Notes: generated by a model from the sequence alone, not told the origin. A DNA stretch of 64,000 bases from Syntrophorhabdaceae bacterium (GCA_963665295.1 OY762209.1:1760001-1824000), one strand, 5' to 3'; positions 1-10,449 are shown, numbered from the stretch's first letter. Numbers and translations: made by a program.

Positions 1-2
1 CA

Positions 3-749
3 TTCTATTCCCTGAAAGGGGTGAGCCCCGATGCTTCCGGATACGCCACATACTGCAATCCGGGGGCCAATCCCTCGGTTCTTGCAAAGCTACGGGGACG
101 GACTATCGCCCTGGGCGCGTGGGTAAAATCGTCGGTAGCCGCCTCGGAGAGATTATCATTTTATGACGACGTCTCCGGGGAAACTGCGTCCCCGTACCAT
201 TCCGGAGGAGGGGGATGGGAATGGCTGGAGGTTACAAAGACCGTGTCTGTCGCTGCAACGCTTATCTATGGTCGGCTTAACCAGATGAAGGCAGGCACGG
301 CCCATTTTTCCCAGCCCATGCTCATCGTCGGCAAGGTGATCGGGGCAGGCAACTATGGCCCCCGTCCGGGAGAAATCATATGGCTCGATGCGCCGGTGGC
401 GCTTTCGACCCTCCATGACAAGGCGGGGTTAAGCACCGCAGCCGCCGCAGCCCTCAGTCTGGAACCGGATTCAGAAGGGTTGATCGGGAAGGGCGTGAAG
501 GCGGTCTACTTGAGCATGGAGGCAAATGACAGCGCGAGCGCGGGCGGCGATTGCAATGTGAGCCTCGGCCCGGTGAGCGGCAATCAACCCTTTTGTTGTT
601 CACCCGCAGGCCTCGCCAACAGCAGGGCTGCGCGGGCTCAAGGATGGGTGCCGCCGGCAGCAGACGGCACGTTGAGCTATGCCCTCACCGCCACGGGAAG
701 CGCCACCATGGCTATCACGAAGGCAAAGGTAATAGCGGTACAGTACTAA
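3..749 (+). CDS. Carbohydrate-binding/tail-fibre-like protein, 5'-partial
   Basis: Frame is open from the window edge; CBM-like pattern (TIALGAWVKS...WEWLEVT); Ala/Gly/Ser-rich beta-type C-terminus. Confidence 0.45.
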   Translation, partial: FYSLKGVSPDASGYATYCNPGANPSVLAKLRGRTIALGAWVKSSVAASERLSFYDDVSGETASPYHSGGGGWEWLEVTKTVSVAATLIYGRLNQMKAGTAHFSQPMLIVGKVIGAGNYGPRPGEIIWLDAPVALSTLHDKAGLSTAAAAALSLEPDSEGLIGKGVKAVYLSMEANDSASAGGDCNVSLGPVSGNQPFCCSPAGLANSRAARAQGWVPPAADGTLSYALTATGSATMAITKAKVIAVQY

Positions 750-760
750 GAGGAGGATAC

Positions 761-1159
761 ATGGATATCACGATCAGCCCGAACGGCTATAGACCCATAG
801 ACGATGCAAATCAGGTCACCTATTTTACGCTTACGGCGGCCGGCACAGCCTATAAATGGCACGGGAATACACCCGTTCTCACCGGTCAGGACCTTTCGGA
901 TTATCTTGCTGCCCATGCGGGGCAGTACCTGTGCGGCATCTATCGGAAGATGTACGTGGAGGCCATAGTCGTGCCACAGCCCGGCGAGACCGAATTAACC
1001 GCGTGGACCCGATGGGTTTCGGAAGGATGCAAGAATACCCGGGAGATCGAGGCTATGGTGGATGGCGAGGTGACGAGCCGGGTCGTTGAAGAGCCGGTCC
1101 CATTGAAACCCTGGAAGGACACCCACCCGATGAGTGAAAACCCGATTATATGGGAGTGA
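761..1159 (+). CDS. Hypothetical protein (possible tail-fibre accessory)
   Basis: AGGAGG at 751-756 before ATG 761, directly after the preceding stop; MDITISPNGY... Confidence 0.55.
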   Translation: MDITISPNGYRPIDDANQVTYFTLTAAGTAYKWHGNTPVLTGQDLSDYLAAHAGQYLCGIYRKMYVEAIVVPQPGETELTAWTRWVSEGCKNTREIEAMVDGEVTSRVVEEPVPLKPWKDTHPMSENPIIWE

Positions 1160-1339
1160 AAAGCTCGGGAGGACCGCACTTCCGGTCCGCGCCCACTCAA
1201 ACCATGGGTGACCGTCGAGACCGGGCCTTGCCGCGGGCCGTGAATCCGTGCTAAAAGAGATCAAGGCAACGGAAAACGGCGTCACGATTCGGCCCCGGGA
1301 CGGGGGCGACTCACAGCCGGGAGCCACATAACAGGGAGG

Positions 1340-3187
1340 ATGGACATGAAATCATGGGAAAACGGCATAATGGGGCGTTGCGCGGTGGGCTTGGTCGTCA
1401 TAGCAGCGATGCTGTGCATGGGTGCAGCACTTCAAGCCGCTTATGGCGCCCCGGTCGTCACGGCAGACTTAGTCACAACCGGCCCCTGGGTCGATTCGAG
1501 GGCCTATGCCACGATCAACGCCGCCGAAGCAGCGGCATACGCGGCGGGAAAGACCTTGAAAGTGTTCGTGCCCCAAGTGCTTGCGGCGAGCCTCACGGTG
1601 AGGTGCGCCCTCGACATCGAGCCCGGGGGGAAGATCATCAAGGCGTCGGGCCACACCCTTACCGTCAACGGCCCCTTCAGGGCCCCGGATCAACAGGTCT
1701 TCCAGGGTTTCGGCACTAGGGACATCAAATTCGGGAGTGCGGCAATCAGCGAAGCCGTGCGGGTCAACTGGTTTGCCGCCAACACGACGCCGGGCACGAC
1801 GGACATGGCGGACGCCGCCCACACGGCGATCAATGCCGCGGCGGGGCGTCTGGTCCTCTTCGGGATAGGCGAATACCGTATGACCTCTTCCCTCGATCAC
1901 AACGTGACGGCCACGGAGATCAGAGTCAGGGGCGCGGTGCCCGCCTATATCACCCATGGCGTGCTGAAACCTGCCTATACTTATTCAGCGGACTACACCC
2001 CTCAGAGCATCGATATCCCGTCAGACCGGTTCACCGTCATTCAGATGGACGGCGCGAACCTCATAGGGGCGGACGACGCCGCGTCCGTCGGGTCATCGGG
2101 TAAACTCAGATATTTGGCGAATATCCTCGCTTACGGGAAGAACAACGCGAAGATAGGCATTTATGCACAAACCTATGACACGGTGATCGAGGACTCCCAC
2201 TTTGCGTTGTTCAGGAATTTCGGCATACTGTTTCGAGGTGGAATGACGGGAACGGTCCGGAGGGTCGCTTATACGGATAACGGTTGGGGACTGACAGAGT
2301 CGGGGACTACGGCATACCCGTATACCTATTACTCGGGATGCCAGTACAAGGTAGTGTCGAACTATGTCCCGGGGGATTACGCGTCCATAGACCCCGCCAA
2401 GAGGGCTACTACCATAAATACGGATACCACGTTCTTCACCGTGCGGGGCCATATGGTCCGGAATATGAGCGGCTACCGGGGAGCCCAGGTATCAGGACTG
2501 TACAACAGCTCGATGAGGGCTATGCAGGGTTATATAGGGTCTCTCTTTGTTGTTTCAACGGTTAGCCTTGACGGACTCTATGTCGAGAACTACGCCATGC
2601 ATGGCCTGAGCCGGTCGGACTCTCTGCCACACTGCATTTACAGCGTGTTTTCCAATCTTGCCATAACCACGCCGTTTATGGCCAACAATGGGGTTCCGTC
2701 TATGCCCGTGGTTTTTCAGAACTCGAATGGCACGGGAGGGGGCGTGAGCAACGCGATTACGCAGATGGACGCTCTCGGGCTGAAAGGAGCCATCATACGC
2801 TCCGAAAAACAGGCGGTAATCACGGTAGGGACTCCCGGGGGCGCACCCGCATACAGGCTGTTCAGCGAACTGTTCAGCGACTTGGAGGGGTTCACAGGCC
2901 TCATATTCGTGACCATCGTGCAGAGGAACAATAGCGCAAATTACGCCACCGCAATCTACGCGGCCCATCGGCATACCGTTGCGGGAGTGCTGAAGGCGCC
3001 CGCGTCCCTTCGACTACAGGAATATCACAGCAGCGCCGCGGGCTACCTCGCCCGGATTGCCGGTGTAGCCCCGAACGCGACCCGGGGTCTCGACATTACG
3101 ATCGACTGGGGCGCTTCATGGGACGCAAAGACGGAATTTCACGTAACGGCAGGCGTAATCGGAAGCACCTCGTTGAGCAGCCCATGA
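1340..3187 (+). CDS. Secreted beta-helix (pectate-lyase/tailspike-like) protein
   Basis: 615 aa; signal peptide; PWVDSRAY and TTDMADAAHTAINAA motifs resemble beta-helix N-caps. Confidence 0.5.
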   Translation: MDMKSWENGIMGRCAVGLVVIAAMLCMGAALQAAYGAPVVTADLVTTGPWVDSRAYATINAAEAAAYAAGKTLKVFVPQVLAASLTVRCALDIEPGGKIIKASGHTLTVNGPFRAPDQQVFQGFGTRDIKFGSAAISEAVRVNWFAANTTPGTTDMADAAHTAINAAAGRLVLFGIGEYRMTSSLDHNVTATEIRVRGAVPAYITHGVLKPAYTYSADYTPQSIDIPSDRFTVIQMDGANLIGADDAASVGSSGKLRYLANILAYGKNNAKIGIYAQTYDTVIEDSHFALFRNFGILFRGGMTGTVRRVAYTDNGWGLTESGTTAYPYTYYSGCQYKVVSNYVPGDYASIDPAKRATTINTDTTFFTVRGHMVRNMSGYRGAQVSGLYNSSMRAMQGYIGSLFVVSTVSLDGLYVENYAMHGLSRSDSLPHCIYSVFSNLAITTPFMANNGVPSMPVVFQNSNGTGGGVSNAITQMDALGLKGAIIRSEKQAVITVGTPGGAPAYRLFSELFSDLEGFTGLIFVTIVQRNNSANYATAIYAAHRHTVAGVLKAPASLRLQEYHSSAAGYLARIAGVAPNATRGLDITIDWGASWDAKTEFHVTAGVIGSTSLSSP

Positions 3188-3221
3188 AACGGGCAAAGGG
3201 GGGAAGGGCTGTCGCTTCCAA

Positions 3222-4181
3222 TCAGCAGGCGCCCACGATTTCCGTGCCTGCCTTTCCTGCCAGGGCGTCGGCGATGTGCTCTATGGAGGTGATGATTGCC
3301 CTCTTGCCGCCGCTTTGGATGAATTCTATGGCCGCCTCGACCTTGGGACCCATGGTGCCGGGTGGAAATTGACCTTCCATGAGGTATCGGGCTGCGTCCC
3401 CGGTGGTGAGGCGGCGAAGGAAATTTTCGCCGGGTTTACCGTACTCCACGGCAACCCCCGGGACGTCGGTGGCAATCATGAATATATCCACCCCTGTCTC
3501 CTTTGCGAGAACGGCGCTTGCGAGGTCTTTGTCGATAACTGCATCTACGCCGCAAAAGGTCCTTCCCTCCCGGATCACGGGAATGCCCCCTCCTCCGCAG
3601 CATATGACGATGAAATCCATCCCGATGAGGGTCCTGATTTCCTTCTTTTCCACGATGGTAACCGGCCTCGGGGACGCGACTACCCGGCGATAGCCCTTGG
3701 GGGTGCTCCGGACGGGAAAAGGGAGAGACGCGACCTTTTCCTCGGTGTAAACCGGACCTATCGGTTTAGAAGGGTCGCGAAAAGACGGGTCCTTTTCGTC
3801 AACCACCACGTAACTTATGAGGCTCACGATACACTTCTTGTTATCCATTCCGTCGGTCATCAACTCGCTGTCAAGGGTTGATTCGATCATGTAACCGATC
3901 TCTCCCTGGGTTTGGGCCACGAGGATTTCGAGGGGCATGGGAGGGACTGCATGGCAGCACTCCTGTTGGAGGAGCAGGTTGCCCACCTGAGGGCCGTTTC
4001 CGTGGGTAATGATCACCCTATAGTCCCGGGAAAGGCGCGCAATCTGACGGATCGGTGTTCTGAGGTTTTGGAGTTGTTCTTCCATGGTCCCCCTCTCACC
4101 CTCGCGGATGAGGGCATTACCGCCCAGGGCCACAAGGAGAACCTCCTTCTTCTTATTCCCGCCCGTCTTCATCGTGACCAT
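3222..4181 (-). CDS. arcC: Carbamate kinase
   Basis: VALGGNAL, THGNGPQVG, AQTQGEIGY, PSKPIGP, GGGGIPV, AVIDKD, GTMGPKVEAA motifs. Confidence 0.95.
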   Translation of the reverse strand: MVTMKTGGNKKKEVLLVALGGNALIREGERGTMEEQLQNLRTPIRQIARLSRDYRVIITHGNGPQVGNLLLQQECCHAVPPMPLEILVAQTQGEIGYMIESTLDSELMTDGMDNKKCIVSLISYVVVDEKDPSFRDPSKPIGPVYTEEKVASLPFPVRSTPKGYRRVVASPRPVTIVEKKEIRTLIGMDFIVICCGGGGIPVIREGRTFCGVDAVIDKDLASAVLAKETGVDIFMIATDVPGVAVEYGKPGENFLRRLTTGDAARYLMEGQFPPGTMGPKVEAAIEFIQSGGKRAIITSIEHIADALAGKAGTEIVGAC

Positions 4182-4350
4182 ATACTACCATGCATCGCGC
4201 CGGTGTCAAAGGTCGATTCGCGAATAGATGCAGCACCCCGCTACGGGGAAAGAAGGCTTCCCGCCTTCACGGCGCGCCGTCCGGACGGGTCCGGTCGATG
4301 ATGCTGGAAAACCGGCGGCGCGGCGTGTATAATTACCTTGAGGAAAGAGA

Positions 4351-4881
4351 ATGAAAACGGTTGAAGGGACACTGAAGGAAATCTACAAGCACTCCCTGGA
4401 AATGCTGAAGCATGCGGAAACGAAGAACGCCGCCCTCATTTCCTTTAACGGGGTGATAATCATCGTCCTCATCAAGATGGCCGTGGATTTCAAGGATTAC
4501 ACCTTCTTTTTCTACTATTTCTGCTTTACCATCGCCGTCTGTTGCGTGTCCACATTCCTCAGCCTCACTTCCCTTGTGGCCCAGCTTAAGGACAAGGAGA
4601 ATGAACTGGAACTGCCTGAAGACGCGAACCTTATGTTTTTCGGCAATATCGCCCATTTTTCCCCGGAAGAACTCCTCAAGACCCTCAAGTCCAGATATAA
4701 CCTCCGGAGTAAAGACGACAACTACGAGAGAGACCTCGCCCGGGCGGTCATTGTTACTGCCCAGATCGCCAAAAGGAAACACAAGACCTTCAATACGGCC
4801 ATGGCCTGGACCTTCTCGGGGGTAGCCACCCCGCTGAGTGTTTTGATCTATAAGCTATTCTTCGATCCGAACCGGAAATAA
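4351..4881 (+). CDS. Pycsar-effector-like (PycTM/DUF5706) membrane protein
   Basis: AETKNAALISFNG, two TM helices, NLMFFGNIA, DLARAVIVTAQIAKRK, C-terminal TM. Confidence 0.7.
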   Translation: MKTVEGTLKEIYKHSLEMLKHAETKNAALISFNGVIIIVLIKMAVDFKDYTFFFYYFCFTIAVCCVSTFLSLTSLVAQLKDKENELELPEDANLMFFGNIAHFSPEELLKTLKSRYNLRSKDDNYERDLARAVIVTAQIAKRKHKTFNTAMAWTFSGVATPLSVLIYKLFFDPNRK

Positions 4882-5215
4882 AGAAGACCTGTCACGCAGG
4901 GAGGAAGATACCCAGCCTGTCCCGGAGGGTGAAAAAGTGCCCCGGCCCAGGCGTGAAGCCTTCTTGCTTTTTGGGGGGACAAGATTTGCCGGGGCAGCAC
5001 CATATTCACGTTGTTGTCTTCGCAAGGCCGACAATCGACCGGTATATACATAATTAGTCGGAAGAACTCGCCCATAGGTTACAGCCCCGAAAAAGTGTTT
5101 TCCCACGGGGCCGCCCTGCGCCGGTGGTTGCCGTTCTCACCCCATGAAGAGGGCCCGCCACACACGGCCCCCCATGTTTCCCATATAACCTGAAGAGGTC
5201 CCCTTACCCGTCCTG

Positions 5216-6406
5216 TTACGATGCGTAGACATGCTCCCTGGTGAGGGGGAATCCGTTATTGAGCCCCTTGGTGAAAAGTATCTGATATACACGTATATCT
5301 CCACTCCGGAAAGCCGCGGCGCTGCCGTTCAGGTACATGCGCCACATGCGGACAAATTTGTCTCCGAATTTCCCCTTGATCTCTTCCACATGGGCCTCGA
5401 ACCGTCTTGCCCATTCGTCGAGGGTAAGGGCATAGTGGACCCGCAGGTTTTCCACGTCCTGGGGGACAAGCCCGATCTCCCCCATGGCGTTAAGCATATT
5501 GCCAAGGACGGGGAGGTAGGTGCCGGGGAAGATATATTTCAGAGTCCACGGGTCGCCCTGGGTCTCCCGTTCCTTGCCTATGGTGTGAAGGAGTCCCGCG
5601 CCTCCCGGCTTCAGCATGGTACGCATCCTGTCCATGAATACGGGGATAAAGCCCTTACCCACGTGCTCGAACATGCCTATGGAGACGAGCTTGTCAAAGG
5701 GGGTATTTATGTCGCGGTAGTCTTTGAGAAGTATCTCCACTTTGTTTTCCAGCCCCGCGTCCTTCACCCTCTGCTTCGCGAGATTGACCTGTTCCACGGA
5801 AAGGCTGCATCCCACCCCTTTCACCCCATAATGACTTGCTGCATAAATGAGCATCCCACCCCAGCCGCAGCCGATATCGATGAGAGTTTCCCCTTCCGCA
5901 AGTTGGAGCTTCCTGCAGATATGCTCGTATTTATTAGCCTGGGCCTCTTCTAGGGAATCGTCGGGATTGCGGAAATAGGCACACGAGTATGTCATGCTTC
6001 TGTCCAGAAAGAGACGGTAGAGATCGTTGCCCCTGTCGTAATGGTGCTCTATGTTCCTTGCCGAACCCCTGGTTGTGTTCAATGACTTCAGGTGTTGGGC
6101 CAGAACAGCGGCCCGCGTCAAGGGGGATAGTTTCATGTTCTGGAAATGGGGGTCCATTCCCAAACGCATCAGTTCCCGGAAATCTCCTTCCACGGCGATG
6201 TTCCCGTCCACGTACTCCTCGCCGAACCCGAGGGTGCCCTTTTTAAAGACACGGCGTGCCGTCTCCTCGTTCTTGAGCTTGAGAGTGAAGGCAGGTTCAC
6301 CGTCTCCTGCGTAAAACAGGTCTCCATCCCAAAACTGGACTGCGAAGGGGATATCCGGAACATTGTTGCTGAGTGTATCGAGCAGACGCTGAAGTGTTTT
6401 TTTCAC
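5216..6406 (-). CDS. cfa: Cyclopropane-fatty-acyl-phospholipid synthase
   Basis: HHYDRGN, MTYSCAYF, DIGCGWGG, SIGMFEHVG, KYIFPG. Confidence 0.92.
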   Translation of the reverse strand: MKKTLQRLLDTLSNNVPDIPFAVQFWDGDLFYAGDGEPAFTLKLKNEETARRVFKKGTLGFGEEYVDGNIAVEGDFRELMRLGMDPHFQNMKLSPLTRAAVLAQHLKSLNTTRGSARNIEHHYDRGNDLYRLFLDRSMTYSCAYFRNPDDSLEEAQANKYEHICRKLQLAEGETLIDIGCGWGGMLIYAASHYGVKGVGCSLSVEQVNLAKQRVKDAGLENKVEILLKDYRDINTPFDKLVSIGMFEHVGKGFIPVFMDRMRTMLKPGGAGLLHTIGKERETQGDPWTLKYIFPGTYLPVLGNMLNAMGEIGLVPQDVENLRVHYALTLDEWARRFEAHVEEIKGKFGDKFVRMWRMYLNGSAAAFRSGDIRVYQILFTKGLNNGFPLTREHVYAS

Positions 6407-6548
6407 GACCTCACCTCCGGCGTGTACATAAAATGATGCGGCCTCACTACAAGCTACACAACGGGGAATGGTTTGTCAACCGTGAGGGAGGATAATTTTT
6501 ACCCTTCCCCGCATTGACCGGAGGACGGGTAATGCCCATATTGCAAAT

Positions 6549-7004
6549 ATGTCGTCGAGCTTCATTATTCGTTGCCCCCGCTGTGGGGCGAAGAACCGGA
6601 TACCCGGAGAGCGGCGGGGAGAACGGGCCCGTTGCGGGAAATGCGGGAACCCCCTTTCCCTGAAAGGCGCTTTCCCGGAGAGGGCCATCACGGTGACGGA
6701 CTGGAGCTTCCGGGAGGAAGTGATCGATTTCCCCGGGCCCGTAATGATGGAATTCTATTCTCCCGGTTGAGGCTACAGCCAGAGACTGGCCCCGGTTCTG
6801 GAGGAACTGGTACCGCGCTACGCAGGAAGGATAAAGTTCGTGAAGATGGACATAACGTCAAACCGCCTCGTCCCTTCCGAGTACGAGGTCCAGGGCACGC
6901 CCACGCTCATTTTCTTCAAGGGGGGAAGGGTCATCAACAGGGTAACGGGTCTGCTCCCCCGGCAGGACATCGAGAGGGACCTCAATTATCTTGCAAGTCT
7001 ATAG
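6549..7004 (+). CDS. trxC: TrxC-type thioredoxin with N-terminal Zn ribbon; probable selenoprotein (in-frame UGA 6768-6770)
   Basis: CPRC...CGKC; EFYSPG-UGA-GYSQRLAPVLEEL...YEVQGTPTLIFFKGG continues in frame to TAG 7002-7004. Confidence 0.82.
6779..6801 (+). promoter_or_regulatory. Candidate bacterial SECIS hairpin
   Basis: CCAGAGACUG-GCCC-CGGUUCUGG stem-loop; loop begins with G about 18 nt after the UGA. Confidence 0.6.
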
Positions 7005-7091
7005 ACACGGGCGGGTTGCCGGCCCCCGTACGGACGGATGCACATAACATAAAACATCATTGTCCTGCAACGGATCTGTCTTATTGCGGGA

Positions 7092-8057
7092 TCAGTGCTT
7101 CTTCTTCAGGATCAGCTCGGGCCTTTTGAGAAAAACGTTCATATCGGGAGGCACGGATTCCGTGAGCCACACGTTTCCCCCGATGACCGAGCGCGCGCCG
7201 ATCACCGTGTCGCCGCCGAGGATGGTGGCATTCGCGTAGATGATCACGTCGTCCTCGATGGTGGGGTGGCGCTTCTTGTCCCGGAGCACTTCGCACTCTT
7301 CCTTGGACAGGGACAGGGCCCCGAGGGTGACGCCCTGGTATATCCTCACCCGGTTGCCTATATCCGTGGTTTCTCCGATTACCACGCCCGTGCCGTGGTC
7401 GATGAAGAAGCTTTCCCCCACATGAACGCCGGGGTGGATGTCGATCCCCGTAAGACCGTGGGCATATTCCGTCATCATCCTGGGAATAAGGGGCACCCCC
7501 TGCTCGTGAAGTTGATGGGCCATGCGGTAGACGGTAACGGCAAAGAGGCCGGGGTAGCTGAAGATGATCTCGTCATAGTATTTCGATGCGGGGTCGCCCT
7601 CGTAGGCGGCCTGGATGTCCTTTGCAAGCATTGCCTGCAGGCGGGGTATGTCGTCGAGAAAGTTTATTGCCGCCCTCATGCCCCGTTCTTCGCATTTCGT
7701 GCAGTCGAGGTCGAACCTCAGGCAGTCGTGCCGTACGGCGAAGGTGATCTGGTCCGAGAGTATCTGGTAAAGTTCTACGATATGCTGCCCGAAATAGTAG
7801 GGGAGGTTGACCTCGTCGAGGCATGTCTGTGAAAAATATCCCGGGTAGATGATCCTGAGGGCCCGCCCGATGACATCGATGACCGTTATCCTTGAGGGAA
7901 CAGGCTCAAGCCCCAGGTGGCTGAACCTGCCTTCCTTGTTGTGGACATCAACGATTCTTTGGACTATGGAGGGGATTTCGCTGCGAAAGTCATGGGCGGC
8001 GGACATGTCGATCTTACATTGTCCCTTGTCTTTCTCCTCGTTTCTTCCAGTGCTCAT
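7092..8057 (-). CDS. cysE: Serine O-acetyltransferase (EpsC/CysE type)
   Basis: AAYEGDPA, SYPG, TGIDIHPG, FIDHGTGVVIGET, YQGVTLG, KRHPTIED; GGAG RBS before ATG 8057. Confidence 0.92.
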   Translation of the reverse strand: MSTGRNEEKDKGQCKIDMSAAHDFRSEIPSIVQRIVDVHNKEGRFSHLGLEPVPSRITVIDVIGRALRIIYPGYFSQTCLDEVNLPYYFGQHIVELYQILSDQITFAVRHDCLRFDLDCTKCEERGMRAAINFLDDIPRLQAMLAKDIQAAYEGDPASKYYDEIIFSYPGLFAVTVYRMAHQLHEQGVPLIPRMMTEYAHGLTGIDIHPGVHVGESFFIDHGTGVVIGETTDIGNRVRIYQGVTLGALSLSKEECEVLRDKKRHPTIEDDVIIYANATILGGDTVIGARSVIGGNVWLTESVPPDMNVFLKRPELILKKKH

Positions 8058-8154
8058 AGCTCCTCCCCGCGCAATATGGTATCTGTGCCAAGTAATAGCA
8101 CAGATCATGCCCGTCTTCAAGCCCCATGAGCGCGGGCGACTTGCCCCTCAAGAG

Positions 8155-8185
8155 AAAAAAGGCAGGGTCTTTCGGCCCTGCCTTT
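8155..8185 (-). terminator. Intrinsic terminator
   Basis: GGCAGGGTC-TTTC-GGCCCTGCC hairpin (plus-strand reading) with a U6 run on the minus strand, after the 8209 stop. Confidence 0.7.
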
Positions 8186-8208
8186 CGTTGCAGCGGAATC
8201 GTGAAGGC

Positions 8209-10182
8209 TTACTTTGTTTTCCCTTTGCCCTTGATGGCCGTTACCACGGGGTTTCTCTTCGGTTCCGGATCGTTTGTGGTGATTTCGAGAGAGGCGTTGA
8301 TTTGCTGCGTGTTGCCAGGGGCAAACTGGATTGATACATCGCAGTAACCGTTCTTCGGCAGCGAGGTGCATGTGCTCGAGTCGACGATCTGAAGGGTCCC
8401 GCTCGTGTCCTTCAGGACTATGGCGGTAAAGGTGAGGTTGGAGACCCCCGTGTTCTTTATACGGATCGACTTGGAAGGCGTGGTGCCCACCTTCACGGCG
8501 CCGAAGTTGAGGCTCGCAGGCGCCGATACCTTGGGTGCGATAAAGCTGACCGCAAGTTTCACCGAGGCGGGGGATTTCGGGTCGTTGGACTCGATTTTGA
8601 GGGACGCGGCTTTTGTGCCCCAGGAATTGGGAGAGGCGGGAAGAGGGGCAACGGCTATCGTGCATGACTCGTTCTTTGCAAGAATGGTCCCTGAGACGCA
8701 CGGGTTTGTCTCGGGGACGATCAACTCGAACTCCGCATCGGAAGGGGCCAGATAGGGAGGTGTGGTGATGGTGAGATGGGATTTTCCCGTGTTTTTCACC
8801 GCAACCGTCTTCGAGGTGAAAGGACCGGCGATATTGAGGTTTCCGAAGCTGAGCGACTGAGGGGCGGCCGCGGCCTTGGGCGGGGTATCGAAGGTGGCGG
8901 TGACGGTCACGTCCGAGGTTATGGTCATGTGGCATGTTGCGCCGTCAGGGGAGGTACAGTTGGTCCACCCGTCAAAGAAAGAGCCTGACGCGACCGTGGC
9001 CGTTATATCCACAACAGCCCCCGTGGAGTAGGTTCCTGTGCAGACCTTCGTTTTTGTGGAGCACGTGAGGCCGTCGGCGCTCACGGTTCCCTTCTTGCTG
9101 CCCCCGAGGATCACGGTGAGCGTGGCTGTTGCCCCAGGCGAACTGACGGGCCAGACAAAAGCGGAGCTACTCTTGTTGTTTCGCCGGGGGGTTCCATGGT
9201 ACATGTCCAACTGCCATGCCCAATTGGTATCCGCCATGCTCGTGGTGGACGACCAGTAGGCGCTCGACTGCACGTTGGTGAAGGGGTGGCCTTCGGGGAG
9301 GCCCGGTTCGTACCGTGACAGATCGCCGAGACTCACCAACTCCTCCCGGTTCGGAAGCCGCCAGTCCGAGGACCCGCAAAGGGTAAGGTCCTTTGCGTAA
9401 CCAAGGGCCTCCTCCCACGTCTTCGAGGCATTGAGGAGGTTTGCATTCTGGGGCCACATAAGGCCCGTAAGGTTATCGGTGACGCACTGGCCGCTCACGA
9501 CGAAGCGTGGGGAAGGCCAGGCAACGCCTTGTTTAAGCGCCCCGTCATCGCCGGTTCCATAAGTAGTCGTCTGACCCGTCCTCCAGAGCTGCGCAGGCAA
9601 CGCCGTATCGCCATGGACAGGCCACACGAAGGCTGTTTCGTTTTCTTTCTCCTTGGTGCTGACGCCTCCCCACCACATCGGCACGACCCATGCGGCGGTG
9701 GAGTCGTAGCATTTTGTGGTGGACGACCAGTAGTAGGGGTAGTCACTCAGACCGGTGAAACCCTGGTTCGTGAGCCAGCCCATGATATCGGCCTCGCCTG
9801 CGTTAAAGAGACTCTCCATCTCGACGATGTTGGGAAGACGCCACCCCGTGGAATAGCCGCAGGCGCTGAAGCTGTTTGCAAAGGCGAGGGCCGCACTCCA
9901 TTTCTTCTCCCCCGAGGGTTTCGCGTTCTTTGTCCACGTGAGCCCGGTGAGGTTGTCGGTGATGCAATCGCCGTTTACCGTGAACCTCGGCTCCGGCCAC
10001 TCGACCCCTGAGCGTACATCCCCGTCCTGCCCTGTGCCCGCGCAAGCGATCTCACTGCCCGCCTCGTTGTAGCACTTCTGTTGTCCTGTCTGAGGAAGCT
10101 GGATTGTGCCTGCCCCGGCAATACCTGCCCATAGACATAGAAAGATGACCGCGGTAACAAAAGATATGATCTTACGTGCCAT
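8209..10182 (-). CDS. Secreted protein: two DUF1566 (Lcl/C-type-lectin-like) domains, a divergent InlB-B-type repeat and two Ig-like (ASH/choice-of-anchor D) domains
   Basis: Signal peptide; duplicated WPxPRF...TDNLTGLxW...WRLPN..E...YWSSTT; SLxFG...KNTG...SNDP/TNDP modules. Confidence 0.82.
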   Translation of the reverse strand: MARKIISFVTAVIFLCLWAGIAGAGTIQLPQTGQQKCYNEAGSEIACAGTGQDGDVRSGVEWPEPRFTVNGDCITDNLTGLTWTKNAKPSGEKKWSAALAFANSFSACGYSTGWRLPNIVEMESLFNAGEADIMGWLTNQGFTGLSDYPYYWSSTTKCYDSTAAWVVPMWWGGVSTKEKENETAFVWPVHGDTALPAQLWRTGQTTTYGTGDDGALKQGVAWPSPRFVVSGQCVTDNLTGLMWPQNANLLNASKTWEEALGYAKDLTLCGSSDWRLPNREELVSLGDLSRYEPGLPEGHPFTNVQSSAYWSSTTSMADTNWAWQLDMYHGTPRRNNKSSSAFVWPVSSPGATATLTVILGGSKKGTVSADGLTCSTKTKVCTGTYSTGAVVDITATVASGSFFDGWTNCTSPDGATCHMTITSDVTVTATFDTPPKAAAAPQSLSFGNLNIAGPFTSKTVAVKNTGKSHLTITTPPYLAPSDAEFELIVPETNPCVSGTILAKNESCTIAVAPLPASPNSWGTKAASLKIESNDPKSPASVKLAVSFIAPKVSAPASLNFGAVKVGTTPSKSIRIKNTGVSNLTFTAIVLKDTSGTLQIVDSSTCTSLPKNGYCDVSIQFAPGNTQQINASLEITTNDPEPKRNPVVTAIKGKGKTK

Positions 10183-10449
10183 ATCGTCCCCCCCCTGTTC
10201 GATATTTTGTGAATATGGACCGTCCCGCAGTTAGACTGCGAAGGACTGTCCGAAAACTCAAATGGGATAACAGCGCGTTGTTTTCTCTCGGGAGCCCCCA
10301 CTCCACGTTCCTGATTTATAAGGTATATTTTACACCCCTCGCCTCCCCGTTTCAAGAATTAAAAATTCTGCTCCCGCCAAAACCAAGGCAGCGCAAGGTG
10401 CCACAGATTTTTGTTTCATGGGCCGGTAGTCTTGCCTTATACTATGACC

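Noticed and set aside
8209..10182. DUF1566 protein as a diversity-generating retroelement target
   Set aside because: No reverse transcriptase or template repeat was seen in the window, and the two domains are broadly diverged rather than adenine-specific variants.
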